Virus record (IMG/VR): IMGVR_UViG_3300027969_003844
Span: 41,200-105,199 of that record
DNA: 64,000 bases
Reading direction: 5' to 3' (one strand)
Source of the DNA: a virus
The position numbers and the translations under genes are program-made. Shown one piece after another: positions 37,124 through 46,784 of this stretch. The notes under the pieces were generated by a model. It was not told the DNA's origin. It did no database searches and worked only from the letters and a program-made list of their open reading frames with translations. Positions within the stretch are counted from its first letter, which is position 1, and each line of letters starts with the position of its first letter.

Positions 37124-37493
37124 ATTGAATACTCCTAATAAAAATTGAAACCATAACAAGATAAGTTAAGCTATGTGCCAACTGATCTAACCCAAAATGC
37201 TTCCAGTACACTGGATTACTACTGTCTTTACATCCATATCGAACTTTGACCCAGTCAATATGATAATGCAATGCAAAATCTATTGTTGCCATTGCCAATG
37301 CAAACGTAAATCCTGATAAAAATGCAACACCAAAAATAATAAAAGTACACAATGAATGGAGACCACTGTGTTGTAGACCACCTATTGATCCATACACGCC
37401 CTTTTCGTTTAACATCCTTGGTGTCTGCCATACAAAATCGCATAACCAATGTTTGATAAACAGCAAAAGTAAGCTGGCTTCAAAAAGAAACAT
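37110..37493 (-). CDS. DUF3307-like membrane protein
   Basis: KHWLCDFVWQ, HYHIDW, GLDQLAH. Confidence 0.8.
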   Translation of the reverse strand: MFLFEASLLLLFIKHWLCDFVWQTPRMLNEKGVYGSIGGLQHSGLHSLCTFIIFGVAFLSGFTFALAMATIDFALHYHIDWVKVRYGCKDSSNPVYWKHFGLDQLAHSLTYLVMVSIFIRSIQYVNN

Positions 37494-37680
37494 TTTTTGA
37501 ATCCTTATCCTTATCAATTATTTCAATATGATCATATCGATGTTTTTCATTGGCAATAAGACTGTCAACTTCTAGCCAGTTAAAACAAAGTTCAGTGCGT
37601 GTTATTTGTAACTCTGCTCCTTCGTGCAGTCGCCGAAAAAACCTTACTTCAATTATATTAATACCACTTGCTTTCATCAT
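37480..37680 (-). CDS. Hypothetical protein
   Basis: Coupled small ORF (MMKASG...); start uncertain. Confidence 0.45.
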   Translation of the reverse strand: MMKASGINIIEVRFFRRLHEGAELQITRTELCFNWLEVDSLIANEKHRYDHIEIIDKDKDSKNVSF

Positions 37681-37936
37681 AGTTCCAGTGTCTAGTATCA
37701 TATATTGTAGCAGAAACTGTATATCCAAGTAAACCTATTTCTATTCCAAATCCAGCATGATCGCATTTGTAACTTGAATTTATTTGAAAACTTAAAAATT
37801 TGCGTGGATAGTACAGTAGTTCAACTTCAAACATTTTAAATTTTGTCCACAGTACTGCTTTTGCATAACAATAAAGATTTTTAAAGGTGTTATGTTTAGC
37901 AAATGGATTATAGATATCAAAACTTAGATTTAGCAT
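37658..37936 (-). CDS. Hypothetical protein
   Basis: 92 aa; DHAGF...IYDTRHW motif. Confidence 0.7.
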   Translation of the reverse strand: MLNLSFDIYNPFAKHNTFKNLYCYAKAVLWTKFKMFEVELLYYPRKFLSFQINSSYKCDHAGFGIEIGLLGYTVSATIYDTRHWNYDESKWY

Positions 37937-37938
37937 TG

Positions 37939-38184
37939 TTACTCCTCAATCTCAATTGCAAGCTGATGGATAAAAATTTGTTTACCAATTTCAAATAGTC
38001 CTACCCCACCATGAAAATCCACACAACTAACATGAATCTGAGTTTCATTGTCTTTGTCAATGGAGGCAGCAACCAATTCAACAATAGTGCCATCTTCGAT
38101 TTGAGAACGTATGTTGTCAACAACTTCTAACAAGTCTTTCTTACGTTGCTCTGCTTTGTTTTTGTTCAGACTAACTACCTTCAT
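37939..38184 (-). CDS. Hypothetical protein
   Basis: 81 aa with GGGGA RBS. Confidence 0.7.
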   Translation of the reverse strand: MKVVSLNKNKAEQRKKDLLEVVDNIRSQIEDGTIVELVAASIDKDNETQIHVSCVDFHGGVGLFEIGKQIFIHQLAIEIEE

Positions 38185-38219
38185 GTAATCCCCTTATCTT
38201 GGTTAATGCGGTAACTTGA

Positions 38220-38633
38220 TTATCTTCTCATACTTGAGATTTCTTTTGCCTGCTCATCATTGATAACAGGAACTGCATTACTCTTATGCATGGTAGCAAT
38301 ACCTTTAATTAAGGTTCCTGTGTACACTTTATTTGGCACCTTTAAACATGCACCACCTGTAAACGGCAAACTGTTAATTTTAGGAGTCTCTCGCCGATGG
38401 TCAGGTTCCGGCTTAAGATATTCTTTTACCGGCTTTCTATTCTTTTTAACCTTGCCATGAATATAATCAACATATTCATCGTAGCTGATAGGGTCTAGAT
38501 TAATGCTCTTAAGAAATTTATTATGCGACCTGTGGTTTGTTTCCATTTCAGCTACCACCGCCTTGGTCATCTTAGTGGTACGCTTTTTATAACTGGTTGT
38601 GGTCAGGTATGGTCCTACTAAATGCATTGACAT
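38220..38633 (-). CDS. Conserved phage hypothetical protein
   Basis: MSMHLVGPYLTTT...VYTG..IKGIATMHKSNAVPV...EISSMRR. Confidence 0.8.
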   Translation of the reverse strand: MSMHLVGPYLTTTSYKKRTTKMTKAVVAEMETNHRSHNKFLKSINLDPISYDEYVDYIHGKVKKNRKPVKEYLKPEPDHRRETPKINSLPFTGGACLKVPNKVYTGTLIKGIATMHKSNAVPVINDEQAKEISSMRR

Positions 38634-38642
38634 TATATGTCC

Positions 38643-39932
38643 TTAATTGATTGAATTCCACCAGGTTAATATTTCAGGTCGACCCGCTAATATATTAGTC
38701 ATAGTATACACGTCTTTTCTAATTTGTTCAACCTGTATAATACGGCGTTTGCCCATAATCAAGCCCGATTGCCATTTATCAGGCCATTCTTCAGCAAAAG
38801 TGGGCCTTGCTTTAAGCTGAATTAATATATCTTGTAGTGGACCAGTTACTGTTGGAATTAGTTCATCTAACCAAGGATGCAGTAATTCTTTTGGCAATGC
38901 CAATGGTGACATTACAATATCAGGGGAAAAGCTAAAAATTACTTTTGCCAGTACATCTACATCAAGCTCATTGGATAGTTTCTGAATATTTTGAACTTCA
39001 AATAAACCTGGCAACGTAAGAGTAAAATCAAGACGGATCTGTTGATGATGTTGGCGAATTGCAACTCCTTGACGGAAATTTTCCAACCACTGGGGATAGT
39101 TAAGACCTGTCCTAATGTATTCGCCAATTTTGCCAGTACCGTCAATGCTTGCACATATTTGCCAGTCACGTAAATTAGGCAAGATATCAGTGTACAAGTT
39201 AATACCTTTGTAACTGATTCTACTGAGGTTGGTATTGTATCTAGCATACACTGTTGGACCGTCGCCCAGTTCAACGATGCGTTTCATGTAATGCCAATGT
39301 TGCTGGTACATTAATGGTTCGCCACCAACCCAATAGACTTCTTCAACACGATGTTGTTCTACGGCATCCGAAAACTCTTTTTCTACTTGTATACTTTGAA
39401 AGTTTTCAATTTGCTTTTTAACATCAGGGTTCATCCAGGCATTTTTTGGATTGTTCCAATTGATCATATTGTGCTGACGTTGTTCACTTTCTATTGAGCT
39501 AGAAAGCATACCTCCGCACATACGGCATTTGAAATTACATAGGTTACTAAATCGGTAATCCCAACTGATTGGTCTTACAGTGGTAAATCCATCTTTATCT
39601 GTATTGGCAATAACATCATCATACTTGTGACCAAATAGTTGATTAAAATAACTTCGATATACGTCAGTGTTAAGCAATTTATCATTGCATACTTCGCACT
39701 CGGGTAAAGTTTCTCCAGCCATCATTCGGCGACGAACTGAACGCATATGATCGCTGTTCCAGTGCTCTTCTAGTGTAAGAGGAATGTACTTTCCAGTACC
39801 AGGAGCAGTGTCAATGTATTGTTGAAAGTTTTGTGCTGGTTCTCGAGACGCACAACACATCCTGCGTTCGGTTTGCGGACTTAGATAGGTATGCACAAAT
39901 GGTGCCATACAAAATGTAGGTGGTTTGATCAT
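38643..39932 (-). CDS. Radical SAM protein with N-terminal twitch domain (subfamily A), outside the main island
   Basis: FCMAPF..MCC..CEVC; CNFKCRMC; VGGEP; YNTN; SIDG. Confidence 0.92.
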   Translation of the reverse strand: MIKPPTFCMAPFVHTYLSPQTERRMCCASREPAQNFQQYIDTAPGTGKYIPLTLEEHWNSDHMRSVRRRMMAGETLPECEVCNDKLLNTDVYRSYFNQLFGHKYDDVIANTDKDGFTTVRPISWDYRFSNLCNFKCRMCGGMLSSSIESEQRQHNMINWNNPKNAWMNPDVKKQIENFQSIQVEKEFSDAVEQHRVEEVYWVGGEPLMYQQHWHYMKRIVELGDGPTVYARYNTNLSRISYKGINLYTDILPNLRDWQICASIDGTGKIGEYIRTGLNYPQWLENFRQGVAIRQHHQQIRLDFTLTLPGLFEVQNIQKLSNELDVDVLAKVIFSFSPDIVMSPLALPKELLHPWLDELIPTVTGPLQDILIQLKARPTFAEEWPDKWQSGLIMGKRRIIQVEQIRKDVYTMTNILAGRPEILTWWNSIN

Positions 39933-39946
39933 TCAAATTTCCAACA

Positions 39947-40345
39947 TTAATATAGAACAGGTTCGTCTGTGTGCTCACCTTGCAACACCAACATCATTTC
40001 ATCTTCTAATGTAAAAATCAAATCATTGTGTTCTAGCACGGCCCGTCTCTGTTTATCATCTAACTTAGACCAATTATTAATAGCTTGGTAACTTCCATGT
40101 GCTTCTGTTGGTAAAAATTCGGTGATCCAACCTGATAGGGACTTGAATGAATTAACTGTATTGGCAGAATGACTGCTGCCAATAGCACGATGAAAATCAT
40201 TGGCCAGCACTGCTGTAAAACAACTACCAGGATTAAACCCGTAAACAACATAGTTGTACATGGTGTCGGCAAAATCCTTAGGCACATCCCAGCGTTTAAA
40301 AGTTTCTAAGATATTATTACGACTGCATTTTCCAAGACTTAGCAT
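39947..40345 (-). CDS. Conserved phage hypothetical protein
   Basis: GFNPGSCFTAVLANDF motif; AAGGAG RBS; promoter TTGCAA-N17-TACAAT at 40378-40406. Confidence 0.75.
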   Translation of the reverse strand: MLSLGKCSRNNILETFKRWDVPKDFADTMYNYVVYGFNPGSCFTAVLANDFHRAIGSSHSANTVNSFKSLSGWITEFLPTEAHGSYQAINNWSKLDDKQRRAVLEHNDLIFTLEDEMMLVLQGEHTDEPVLY

Positions 40346-40414
40346 TCTAGCTCCTTAAAAGATTTTCCCAATATATTATTGTACACGAATTGGTAAACTT
40401 TTGCAAGACCTTAC

Positions 40415-41506
40415 TTAAAATGCATCATAGTAGCTGAAGCTCTTTTCTTGAACTTTGCTCAGTACCAGTTGAATACCGTCTGCATTAGCAAAAACAAATT
40501 TACCACTTTGACTATCAATCTTCTTTAACTCTGATGTAGTAAATTTAATAGTACCCCAATTCCAATCAAACTCGCCGTCCTCATCCTTTTCAGTTTCGTA
40601 TTCTTTGATATGAATACTAACATGTCCTTGCAGTGGGTTACCACTCCATTCTTGACGTTCTAAATCTTCTGTTTTGACTTCTTCACCGTTGCGGATAACT
40701 TTCATAGTGAACTTGTTACCAGAATCAAATTCTGGCTTAACGTTCAGCATACGCAGAGCATCTTCAGGCGCTTCGTCATATCGATTCATCTCTTCAACTG
40801 TGGCTTTCAGCATGTCAAAGTTAAACTGAGCAAACAGGGCCGCAATTTGGCACAACTTTTCAGCGTGATGCAGAAGTGTTGCTTTCAAGTTGTCAGCACA
40901 GTATTCCATGATAAAGTTGGCATCTAGCCCTTTGTAATCCAGCATGTAGAACAAGCGACCGGGTCGATTACGCATGTGTTGGTCAATGCGCCACTTGTCG
41001 TTACAAGTGAGAACAAACAGTTTCTTGCTTGGGAATACGCCATCCAACAAGGTCAAGGCCTTTTCTTGGTCATCGCTGTCGTAGACCTTTTCAAACTCGT
41101 CAAACAAGACCATGCACGGTTGTTCAATCATTTGCATGAATGCATTGAACTTGTCGCCCACCCAAGGAGCGTTGATAACAATGCATGGAATTCCTAATTG
41201 CACAGCACCTTGAATGGCCAAGTTCTTGGCCAAGAGTGACTTACCAGAACCTTTTTCACCTGCTAGCATAACACCTGTACTTGCGGTACGATCCATAAAC
41301 GTATTCAAAATACGATCAGTATTTTTATCCAAGTCGCCGTAACGCCTACCTTTAATCTCAAAGCTTTCAATGTGTTCAAGGTAAAGAGGACCATCCATAG
41401 GCATTTCTTTGACCACGTAGTTGCCTACGGGCAACTTCTCATGAAGATCCATTGCCTCCTTGGTAGACACTCGAAATGTGTTTCCTGATTTTAAAAAATA
41501 AGACAT
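40415..41506 (-). CDS. AAA+ ATPase
   Basis: GEKGSGKS, VLFDEFEK, LTLLDG, LTCN, RPGR. Confidence 0.88.
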   Translation of the reverse strand: MSYFLKSGNTFRVSTKEAMDLHEKLPVGNYVVKEMPMDGPLYLEHIESFEIKGRRYGDLDKNTDRILNTFMDRTASTGVMLAGEKGSGKSLLAKNLAIQGAVQLGIPCIVINAPWVGDKFNAFMQMIEQPCMVLFDEFEKVYDSDDQEKALTLLDGVFPSKKLFVLTCNDKWRIDQHMRNRPGRLFYMLDYKGLDANFIMEYCADNLKATLLHHAEKLCQIAALFAQFNFDMLKATVEEMNRYDEAPEDALRMLNVKPEFDSGNKFTMKVIRNGEEVKTEDLERQEWSGNPLQGHVSIHIKEYETEKDEDGEFDWNWGTIKFTTSELKKIDSQSGKFVFANADGIQLVLSKVQEKSFSYYDAF

Positions 41507-41533
41507 TCTCTATTATCCTTTCATTTGCAAATT

Positions 41534-41962
41534 TTAATTTGTAGCTTTTGCAACATCTTTAGTAATTCTTCCAATTTCTTTATAGCCCTGGCGAGTAGGG
41601 TGGACACCGTCTTTGCTTACTTCTGGAATGCGTATAATCCAGTCTTTGTTCTTGTTAGCTATCTCTTCAACAATGGCTTGTATTTCTGGCTTGATTGCAG
41701 GCAGAATCCAAAATACTCTTTTAGCATGAACTGCGGCTCGTATGCGTTCAAGTTCTTGACGTGTCTTGACACCCCGATGGTCATTGGATCCAAGACTAAT
41801 AATAATGCTTTCGGCGACCAAGTTATTGCCCTGATCGCCTTCGAGATTTTGCTTATTCCATTGCCAACTGTTGATACCACCTTTGGCATAGGTCACACAC
41901 TCTGGACGAGCCATATGTGTACCTACTGCTATGCTATCCCCTAAAATTAAACAATCAATCAT
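41534..41962 (-). CDS. SGNH/GDSL hydrolase family protein
   Basis: LGDSIAVG, SLGSND, DGVHPT. Confidence 0.85.
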   Translation of the reverse strand: MIDCLILGDSIAVGTHMARPECVTYAKGGINSWQWNKQNLEGDQGNNLVAESIIISLGSNDHRGVKTRQELERIRAAVHAKRVFWILPAIKPEIQAIVEEIANKNKDWIIRIPEVSKDGVHPTRQGYKEIGRITKDVAKATN

Positions 41963-41969
41963 TATGTTC

Positions 41970-42194
41970 CTAATTAGATAACTGCATGATTATGTATTCT
42001 TCATCAGTAACGTGTGCAATGGGTTTAATCCAACCTGCATTAATTGCAGTGGTTAAGATTTTTTTATATTCAGTTGGGCAGTTATTACTAATCTCAAATC
42101 CTGCTCTTGACGCAACCACTAATCCATTGACAATTCTAAAATGCTTCTCACCAGGTCTAATGGCCTTAATACTTGATTGTGCATGTACAAACAT
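41970..42194 (-). CDS. Hypothetical protein
   Basis: 74 aa; RAGFEIS..CP.EY...GWIKP. Confidence 0.7.
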   Translation of the reverse strand: MFVHAQSSIKAIRPGEKHFRIVNGLVVASRAGFEISNNCPTEYKKILTTAINAGWIKPIAHVTDEEYIIMQLSN

Positions 42195-42203
42195 TTTGTA
42201 TTC

Positions 42204-42350
42204 TTAAGCCTTTGAAGCTTCCATCATGTCTTTAATAAATTTGAACAGTTTACGTTGTGTGTCAAACACATAGTCTTTTTCTCCTTCCTCTGACTCTACT
42301 GTTAGTAAAAAGCCATTGGCTACCTTGCGAATTTCCATACGTTCAAACAT
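42204..42350 (-). CDS. 48-aa hypothetical protein (MFERMEIRKVANGF...), absent from the ORF track
   Basis: GGAGA RBS, fills the intergenic gap. Confidence 0.7.
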   Translation of the reverse strand: MFERMEIRKVANGFLLTVESEEGEKDYVFDTQRKLFKFIKDMMEASKA

Positions 42351-42389
42351 ATTATTCTCCATTTAAAAATTAATTAACCAGTTTGTTGT

Positions 42390-43706
42390 TTACAACTTCT
42401 CACCAGGTGCAAATCCTCGAAACCCTTTAAAGCGAGGAAATCTTAGGCTGTATGTGCCATCTTGGTTCTGCGTTATAGCATCAGCACGTACTTCAACAAT
42501 TTGACCAATAACACTAGTGCTATCACTCCAAATGCTATCTCTAATGTCATCGCTAAAGCCACTACCAACATTGACGGTGATATCTTTCCCGTCGTCTTGT
42601 CCTGAGCAAACCAATGCTCCAAGTCGTCCCACATTTTTACCTGTCCCTTCTTCAAGATTGGTAACTTCTAACGAAACCTCAATAAAGGGTTTAAGCTTCA
42701 ACCATGCTACACTGCGCTTGCACTCGTAACCAGCCGAAGGATCTTTCAACATAATACCTTCGTATCCACCTGCAATGGCCTGAGCATTGATTTCTCGATA
42801 ACGAGTTTGACCTGCGGCTGTGTCAAGATCAACTAGTTCTTGTCCAACAACTTGAATGTTGGGTGTTTCTTTGGCCCACAAGTCTTTCCATGCCACAAGT
42901 TTTGCACTGCGCTCTGTTTGAGTACGGTTGCTTTTGCCTGCTTCAAAGTCTTTAAGACTTAGAATGTCAAATACATTTAGGACCGCATCCTGTGCTTGTG
43001 CATCACTTTTACGATGTATCTGCTTCATCAAGTCTTGAAAGCTACCGCTCATGATCTCACCGTCAAGTACCATTGGTTCGGAAAAGCAATGTGCAATCTT
43101 TGCAAGTTGCTCTTTGACATGCGGAAAGTTTACCAGCTCTTTACCGTTACGACTATACTGGTCAACGCGACCACCTGGACGCACCACTGTAATAACTCGG
43201 ACACCATCGAGTTTGACTTCAATGAGCTTTTTACCAATCACTTTAGACTCATGGTTCGCGCTATCGTGAGCAAGCTGACAGCTAAAAACAGGTATAGCAT
43301 ATTGCGGGAACTTCTTTTCAGTTACACGATTGACAGTACCTTCGGTAAAGCCAGCTCGCATGTCCTTGGTCAGGATACGCATGTACCAATCATTCCACTC
43401 TGCTTGTGTTGCAACTGCAAGGCAAAGTTCAATTGCTTTCTTTGCGGCGTCACCTGTGAGCCTGCGGGTTGCAAGATCATCTGCAAGTTTTGCAAAGGCT
43501 ACCCAAGGCAACCCTTGACCGTCGGGACCGCTGTGCTTGGGAACCTTCTTGACTCCGAATGTGATCATAGAGTCATAAGCAAGTCGCATGCCTGCAAAGA
43601 ATGTATCGTTACCAGCTTCAGCTTCTGCAAGAACAATAGCTTCTTTATTCAAGCGGCTTGGATGATCTTCTAAACTGCGGATAACTCGATAACATTGTTC
43701 AGACAT
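42390..43706 (-). CDS. lig: ATP-dependent DNA ligase
   Basis: EVKLDGVR (motif I), YSRNGK, LDGEI, YEGIMLK, WLKLKP, VGSGFSD, SLRFPRF. Confidence 0.95.
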   Translation of the reverse strand: MSEQCYRVIRSLEDHPSRLNKEAIVLAEAEAGNDTFFAGMRLAYDSMITFGVKKVPKHSGPDGQGLPWVAFAKLADDLATRRLTGDAAKKAIELCLAVATQAEWNDWYMRILTKDMRAGFTEGTVNRVTEKKFPQYAIPVFSCQLAHDSANHESKVIGKKLIEVKLDGVRVITVVRPGGRVDQYSRNGKELVNFPHVKEQLAKIAHCFSEPMVLDGEIMSGSFQDLMKQIHRKSDAQAQDAVLNVFDILSLKDFEAGKSNRTQTERSAKLVAWKDLWAKETPNIQVVGQELVDLDTAAGQTRYREINAQAIAGGYEGIMLKDPSAGYECKRSVAWLKLKPFIEVSLEVTNLEEGTGKNVGRLGALVCSGQDDGKDITVNVGSGFSDDIRDSIWSDSTSVIGQIVEVRADAITQNQDGTYSLRFPRFKGFRGFAPGEKL

Positions 43707-43763
43707 TGCAACTTCCTTAAAAATTTGTTGGGGGCCTTAGCCTGCCCCCGGTAGGCGTCACGC

Positions 43764-44054
43764 TTAGGCGGCTTTAGTAACAGGGCCGGTCTTAATAAGA
43801 TCAGCCACTTTGCGCTTTGTACGCTTTGCCAATTCCTCGGCAATTGCCATACCAACGGTACCTGGGATATTCTTGGCATGCAAGAACTCAAGGCCTTCGA
43901 TCTTGGTAACTGGCTTGGGCAAGTCATACAACTGAATGTCAGTATGACCGGTTTTAACTAGGGTCTTGATACGTGTCATGTCTGTAGCAAAACGAGCCTT
44001 AGTTTTACCATCCTTAGTAGAATAGCCTGCAACTGTAAACAACTTATCACTCAT
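43764..44054 (-). CDS. Conserved phage hypothetical protein
   Basis: TVAGYST..GKTKARFA.D..RIK.L.K.GHTDI; AGGAG RBS. Confidence 0.75.
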   Translation of the reverse strand: MSDKLFTVAGYSTKDGKTKARFATDMTRIKTLVKTGHTDIQLYDLPKPVTKIEGLEFLHAKNIPGTVGMAIAEELAKRTKRKVADLIKTGPVTKAA

Positions 44055-44128
44055 AGTATATCTCCTGTGTGAGTGTGATAAACAAGAACCGCTTGTTTGA
44101 CGGATATGAACTTTGTGTCCATATTCTT

Positions 44129-44157
44129 ATTATGCATGAAACGGTTTTGAAAGTCAA
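44129..44157 (-). promoter_or_regulatory. sigma70 promoter TTGACT-N17-CATAAT
   Basis: -35 44152-44157, -10 44129-44134. Confidence 0.75.
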
Positions 44158-44162
44158 CCATT

Positions 44163-44441
44163 TTATGCAAATTTAACCTGTCCTAATTTGGCCAAAAGAA
44201 ACTGGCCCTTGAAGTCGTCGGGCAATACTGTGGTATCATTTGCATCATTGCCAACAAACTTATAACCCTTATCTCTCTTAGAACGCTCAACCTTGGTAAC
44301 TTCATAAACAGAGCTGTACACCTTGAATGCAAGAGTACCTTTGGTCCGTCCCCAAAAACTCAGGGCACCATCATCAGTTTTAATCCAGCCCCAGATCTTG
44401 TCTGACGAATCTTTATTAAAGTGATACAGTGAGAAGTTCAT
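44163..44441 (-). CDS. WGR-like domain protein
   Basis: SDKIWG, FWGR, KRDKGYK. Confidence 0.6.
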   Translation of the reverse strand: MNFSLYHFNKDSSDKIWGWIKTDDGALSFWGRTKGTLAFKVYSSVYEVTKVERSKRDKGYKFVGNDANDTTVLPDDFKGQFLLAKLGQVKFA

Positions 44442-44449
44442 TTACTACC

Positions 44450-44629
44450 TCAGTCTTGATCTTTTGCCGACGATAAAATTCGAATCAACATGTCCACACC
44501 ATCGTTGCTCAATGCAATCAATTGATTGCCAATGGCCAAGGTAACATGTCCATCCAAGGTCTTACCAACCTGGTACACTGGCACAAGATCTGACTCTGTT
44601 TCATTGTTATCGTTGACAGGCTGTAACAT
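44450..44629 (-). CDS. Hypothetical protein (start MLQPV)
   Basis: GGAG upstream; YQVGKT.DG motif. Confidence 0.55.
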   Translation of the reverse strand: MLQPVNDNNETESDLVPVYQVGKTLDGHVTLAIGNQLIALSNDGVDMLIRILSSAKDQD

Positions 44630-44636
44630 TTTACGG

Positions 44637-45011
44637 TTACTCCGCCAGCGCATACGGCTTATTCCACGAGCCAATGCTCAGGTGCGTATAAAATGCAGTA
44701 TGAAAATAATCAGTCATTGCGTCCGACTCATTAAAGAAAACCTTACCACCTGCACGTCCTGGAGCATTGTGCATGATCTCGTTGATTTCGCTCAACGCCT
44801 TGCAGTCGTTTTCATCTTTCCAATGGTCTTTGATATAGTACTGATTGACTTGAGCGTTGGTGTTGCCTTCAAATTTAGCATTACCCTGCAGGATGGTAAC
44901 GTCAACGCTGAGGCTACCAGCACCCTTACGCACGGAGAATTTCCAATTTGGAAAGCGAACTTTGAGCTCTTCACGGATTGCTTTGACGTCGTTTGCACTA
45001 ATGTAAGCCAT
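44637..45011 (-). CDS. Conserved phage protein, LPD29-like
   Basis: IREELK..FP.WKFSVR...SDAMTDYF motif. Confidence 0.65.
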   Translation of the reverse strand: MAYISANDVKAIREELKVRFPNWKFSVRKGAGSLSVDVTILQGNAKFEGNTNAQVNQYYIKDHWKDENDCKALSEINEIMHNAPGRAGGKVFFNESDAMTDYFHTAFYTHLSIGSWNKPYALAE

Positions 45012-45044
45012 GATGTCGAACCTTTCTTAAGTTTCAATATACGT

Positions 45045-45073
45045 ATTATACCGGAATTTGGTTAAGAAGTCAA
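45045..45073 (-). promoter_or_regulatory. sigma70 promoter TTGACT-N17-TATAAT
   Basis: -35 45068-45073, -10 45045-45050. Confidence 0.8.
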
Positions 45074-45164
45074 CCGTTTTACAACTGCTTCTACAATTAA
45101 ATATGCAAGCATGATCCAAATTGGTGCAAGCATAACAGCAAAATTAATCAATGCTTGATTCATA

Positions 45165-45539
45165 TTACACCGCCTTCTTGAAATAACCGTAGGGCAGACC
45201 TACACAATAGCACAGGTACTCGTCGTCACCATTGCTACCTTCTGCTTCGTGAATCCAACGCAGGGCCATAGCACGATCTGTGGCACCCATTTCCATGATG
45301 CTGGTAACACGAACTTCAAATTTTACAATGGCATTGGCCTCAGCTACCAAACGGTCAGCTTCTTCACGTTGGATCACTGCACCCAGGCTTGCAAACTCAT
45401 TTTCAAAGTCTGCCATGGTCCAGCTAGAGGTGTCAATTCCACGTGGACGAACACCGTAGGCATCCTTGTACATGTCCCAGTAGGTGCAAGCGGCTTGCTC
45501 AAGATCTGACATCTCTTCCCAGGTTTTAAATGCTTCCAT
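45165..45539 (-). CDS. Conserved phage hypothetical protein (YKDAYGVRPR)
   Basis: Start MEAFK with AAGGAG RBS. Confidence 0.75.
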   Translation of the reverse strand: MEAFKTWEEMSDLEQAACTYWDMYKDAYGVRPRGIDTSSWTMADFENEFASLGAVIQREEADRLVAEANAIVKFEVRVTSIMEMGATDRAMALRWIHEAEGSNGDDEYLCYCVGLPYGYFKKAV

Positions 45540-45570
45540 CGTGTGCTCCTTATTGCTTAACATACTATGT

Positions 45571-45647
45571 ATTATAGGCTCAAATGCCCGTTTGGTCAAC
45601 CGTTTTTTGGCCTAATTTTGAATTATTTTTGTTGTATTTTTGCAACA
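45571..45647 (-). promoter_or_regulatory. sigma70 promoter TTGACC-N17-TATAAT plus TGTTG-N8-CAACA box
   Basis: -10 45571-45576, -35 45594-45599, box 45630-45647. Confidence 0.85.
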
Positions 45648-45815
45648 TTAAGCAAAAAACTTAGTACCTTCTGCTAATACAACCTTATACGCTTCCATGG
45701 TTTTTTGTGTTTGGGCCAGTGGGCTTTTTTGAATAAACTGCATCATTTCCAAAAAGCCCAAACCCAGGAAATCTGCGTCTTTTTGGATCTGCTTGATTGC
45801 TGTAGTAATTTTCAT
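45648..45815 (-). CDS. 55-aa hypothetical protein (MKITTAIKQIQKDA...), absent from the ORF track
   Basis: ATG 45815 to TAA 45648, fills the gap. Confidence 0.65.
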   Translation of the reverse strand: MKITTAIKQIQKDADFLGLGFLEMMQFIQKSPLAQTQKTMEAYKVVLAEGTKFFA

Positions 45816-45827
45816 ATCAACTCTTGA

Positions 45828-46085
45828 TTAAGCAAATTCATAAAATTTAACGGATGGGTCTAACTTTTGTAATTCACGTGCGGCTCGTGTCAATTCATTG
45901 TAACGTGATTGAACCAGGCTACGTGGCAGTTCACCGTCGCAAGTCAAATTCTCAGGACTCAGGTCTGAGTCAATTGAATTAGCAATGCGTTGACGGTCAG
46001 TGGCATTGTCCAAAGTAAGTTCTTTGGCACCAAAGATTGTACCATAAGCGTTTTTGCGAACCAAGTATGTTTTTAATGCTGACAT
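45828..46085 (-). CDS. Conserved phage hypothetical protein (LSPENLTCDGE)
   Basis: Start MSALK with GAGG RBS. Confidence 0.75.
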   Translation of the reverse strand: MSALKTYLVRKNAYGTIFGAKELTLDNATDRQRIANSIDSDLSPENLTCDGELPRSLVQSRYNELTRAARELQKLDPSVKFYEFA

Positions 46086-46115
46086 TTTGAACCTCTTTTT
46101 GCTGAACATGTGTAT

Positions 46116-46196
46116 ATTATAGGTTCAAAAGTCCGTTTGGTCAACCGTTTTTTTGGTATTTTTGTCAAAAAAAGTGTTGTATTTGTACAACACTTT
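46116..46196 (-). promoter_or_regulatory. sigma70 promoter TTGACC-N17-TATAAT plus an extended palindromic box (may double as a terminator)
   Basis: -10 46116-46121, -35 46139-46144, AAAAGTGTTGTA-TTTG-TACAACACTTTT around 46170-46197. Confidence 0.85.
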
Positions 46197-46210
46197 TGAT
46201 TTTTATAATA

Positions 46211-46489
46211 TTATTTGCTTAAACGTTCTAACGTAAGAATTTGGGCCAAGGCGTCTGCCAAATCCTCATCAGGGGTAACAACATGCAAGGAATTTATATT
46301 GCGATCATTACGCGAATCGTACTTTTTAACTTGAATGATTTGCCCACCACTTGCATTGGTTACAGAAAAATGAATGGAGTTTTCAGAATTAATATCATTG
46401 GCATCGCGGTCAACATATACTGCCGTGGATGATTCTAAATCATCATCATTGAACAACCAATTTTTAATTTTGTGTTTAATCCATCTCAT
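46211..46489 (-). CDS. Hypothetical protein (start MRWIK)
   Basis: AAGGA RBS. Confidence 0.7.
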   Translation of the reverse strand: MRWIKHKIKNWLFNDDDLESSTAVYVDRDANDINSENSIHFSVTNASGGQIIQVKKYDSRNDRNINSLHVVTPDEDLADALAQILTLERLSK

Positions 46490-46490
46490 G

Positions 46491-46757
46491 TTATATCCTT
46501 TGTTGATGAGTTTCTTTTTGCGAGTCTTGTTCAATGACCCAGCAATTCCTGGTGTTGGATACGGCATCGGCCTCATTACCCTGGACAAGGTTGCTCCACT
46601 CATTGTACTCTGCTTGGTATTGTATCCACCTTGCATAATCTATCCTTACGTCAATATTATAATATTCTAAGTTTAATCCAACTTCTCGAAGCAACAGCAC
46701 ATCCATGTTATTGGTTATTTTACTCAAAGCAGGGAACTCTTGTGAATATGGCATCAA
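46491..46757 (-). CDS. Hypothetical protein
   Basis: 88 aa ORF with AGGA RBS. Confidence 0.55.
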   Translation of the reverse strand: MMPYSQEFPALSKITNNMDVLLLREVGLNLEYYNIDVRIDYARWIQYQAEYNEWSNLVQGNEADAVSNTRNCWVIEQDSQKETHQQRI

Positions 46758-46784
46758 TTTCCTATTTGTATATTATATGTGCTA

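Noticed and set aside
42996-43673. 225-aa plus-strand ORF and other antisense ORFs (e.g. 44526-45065, 41525-41944, 5528-5968)
   Set aside because: Shadows of well-supported minus-strand genes, with no RBS or motifs
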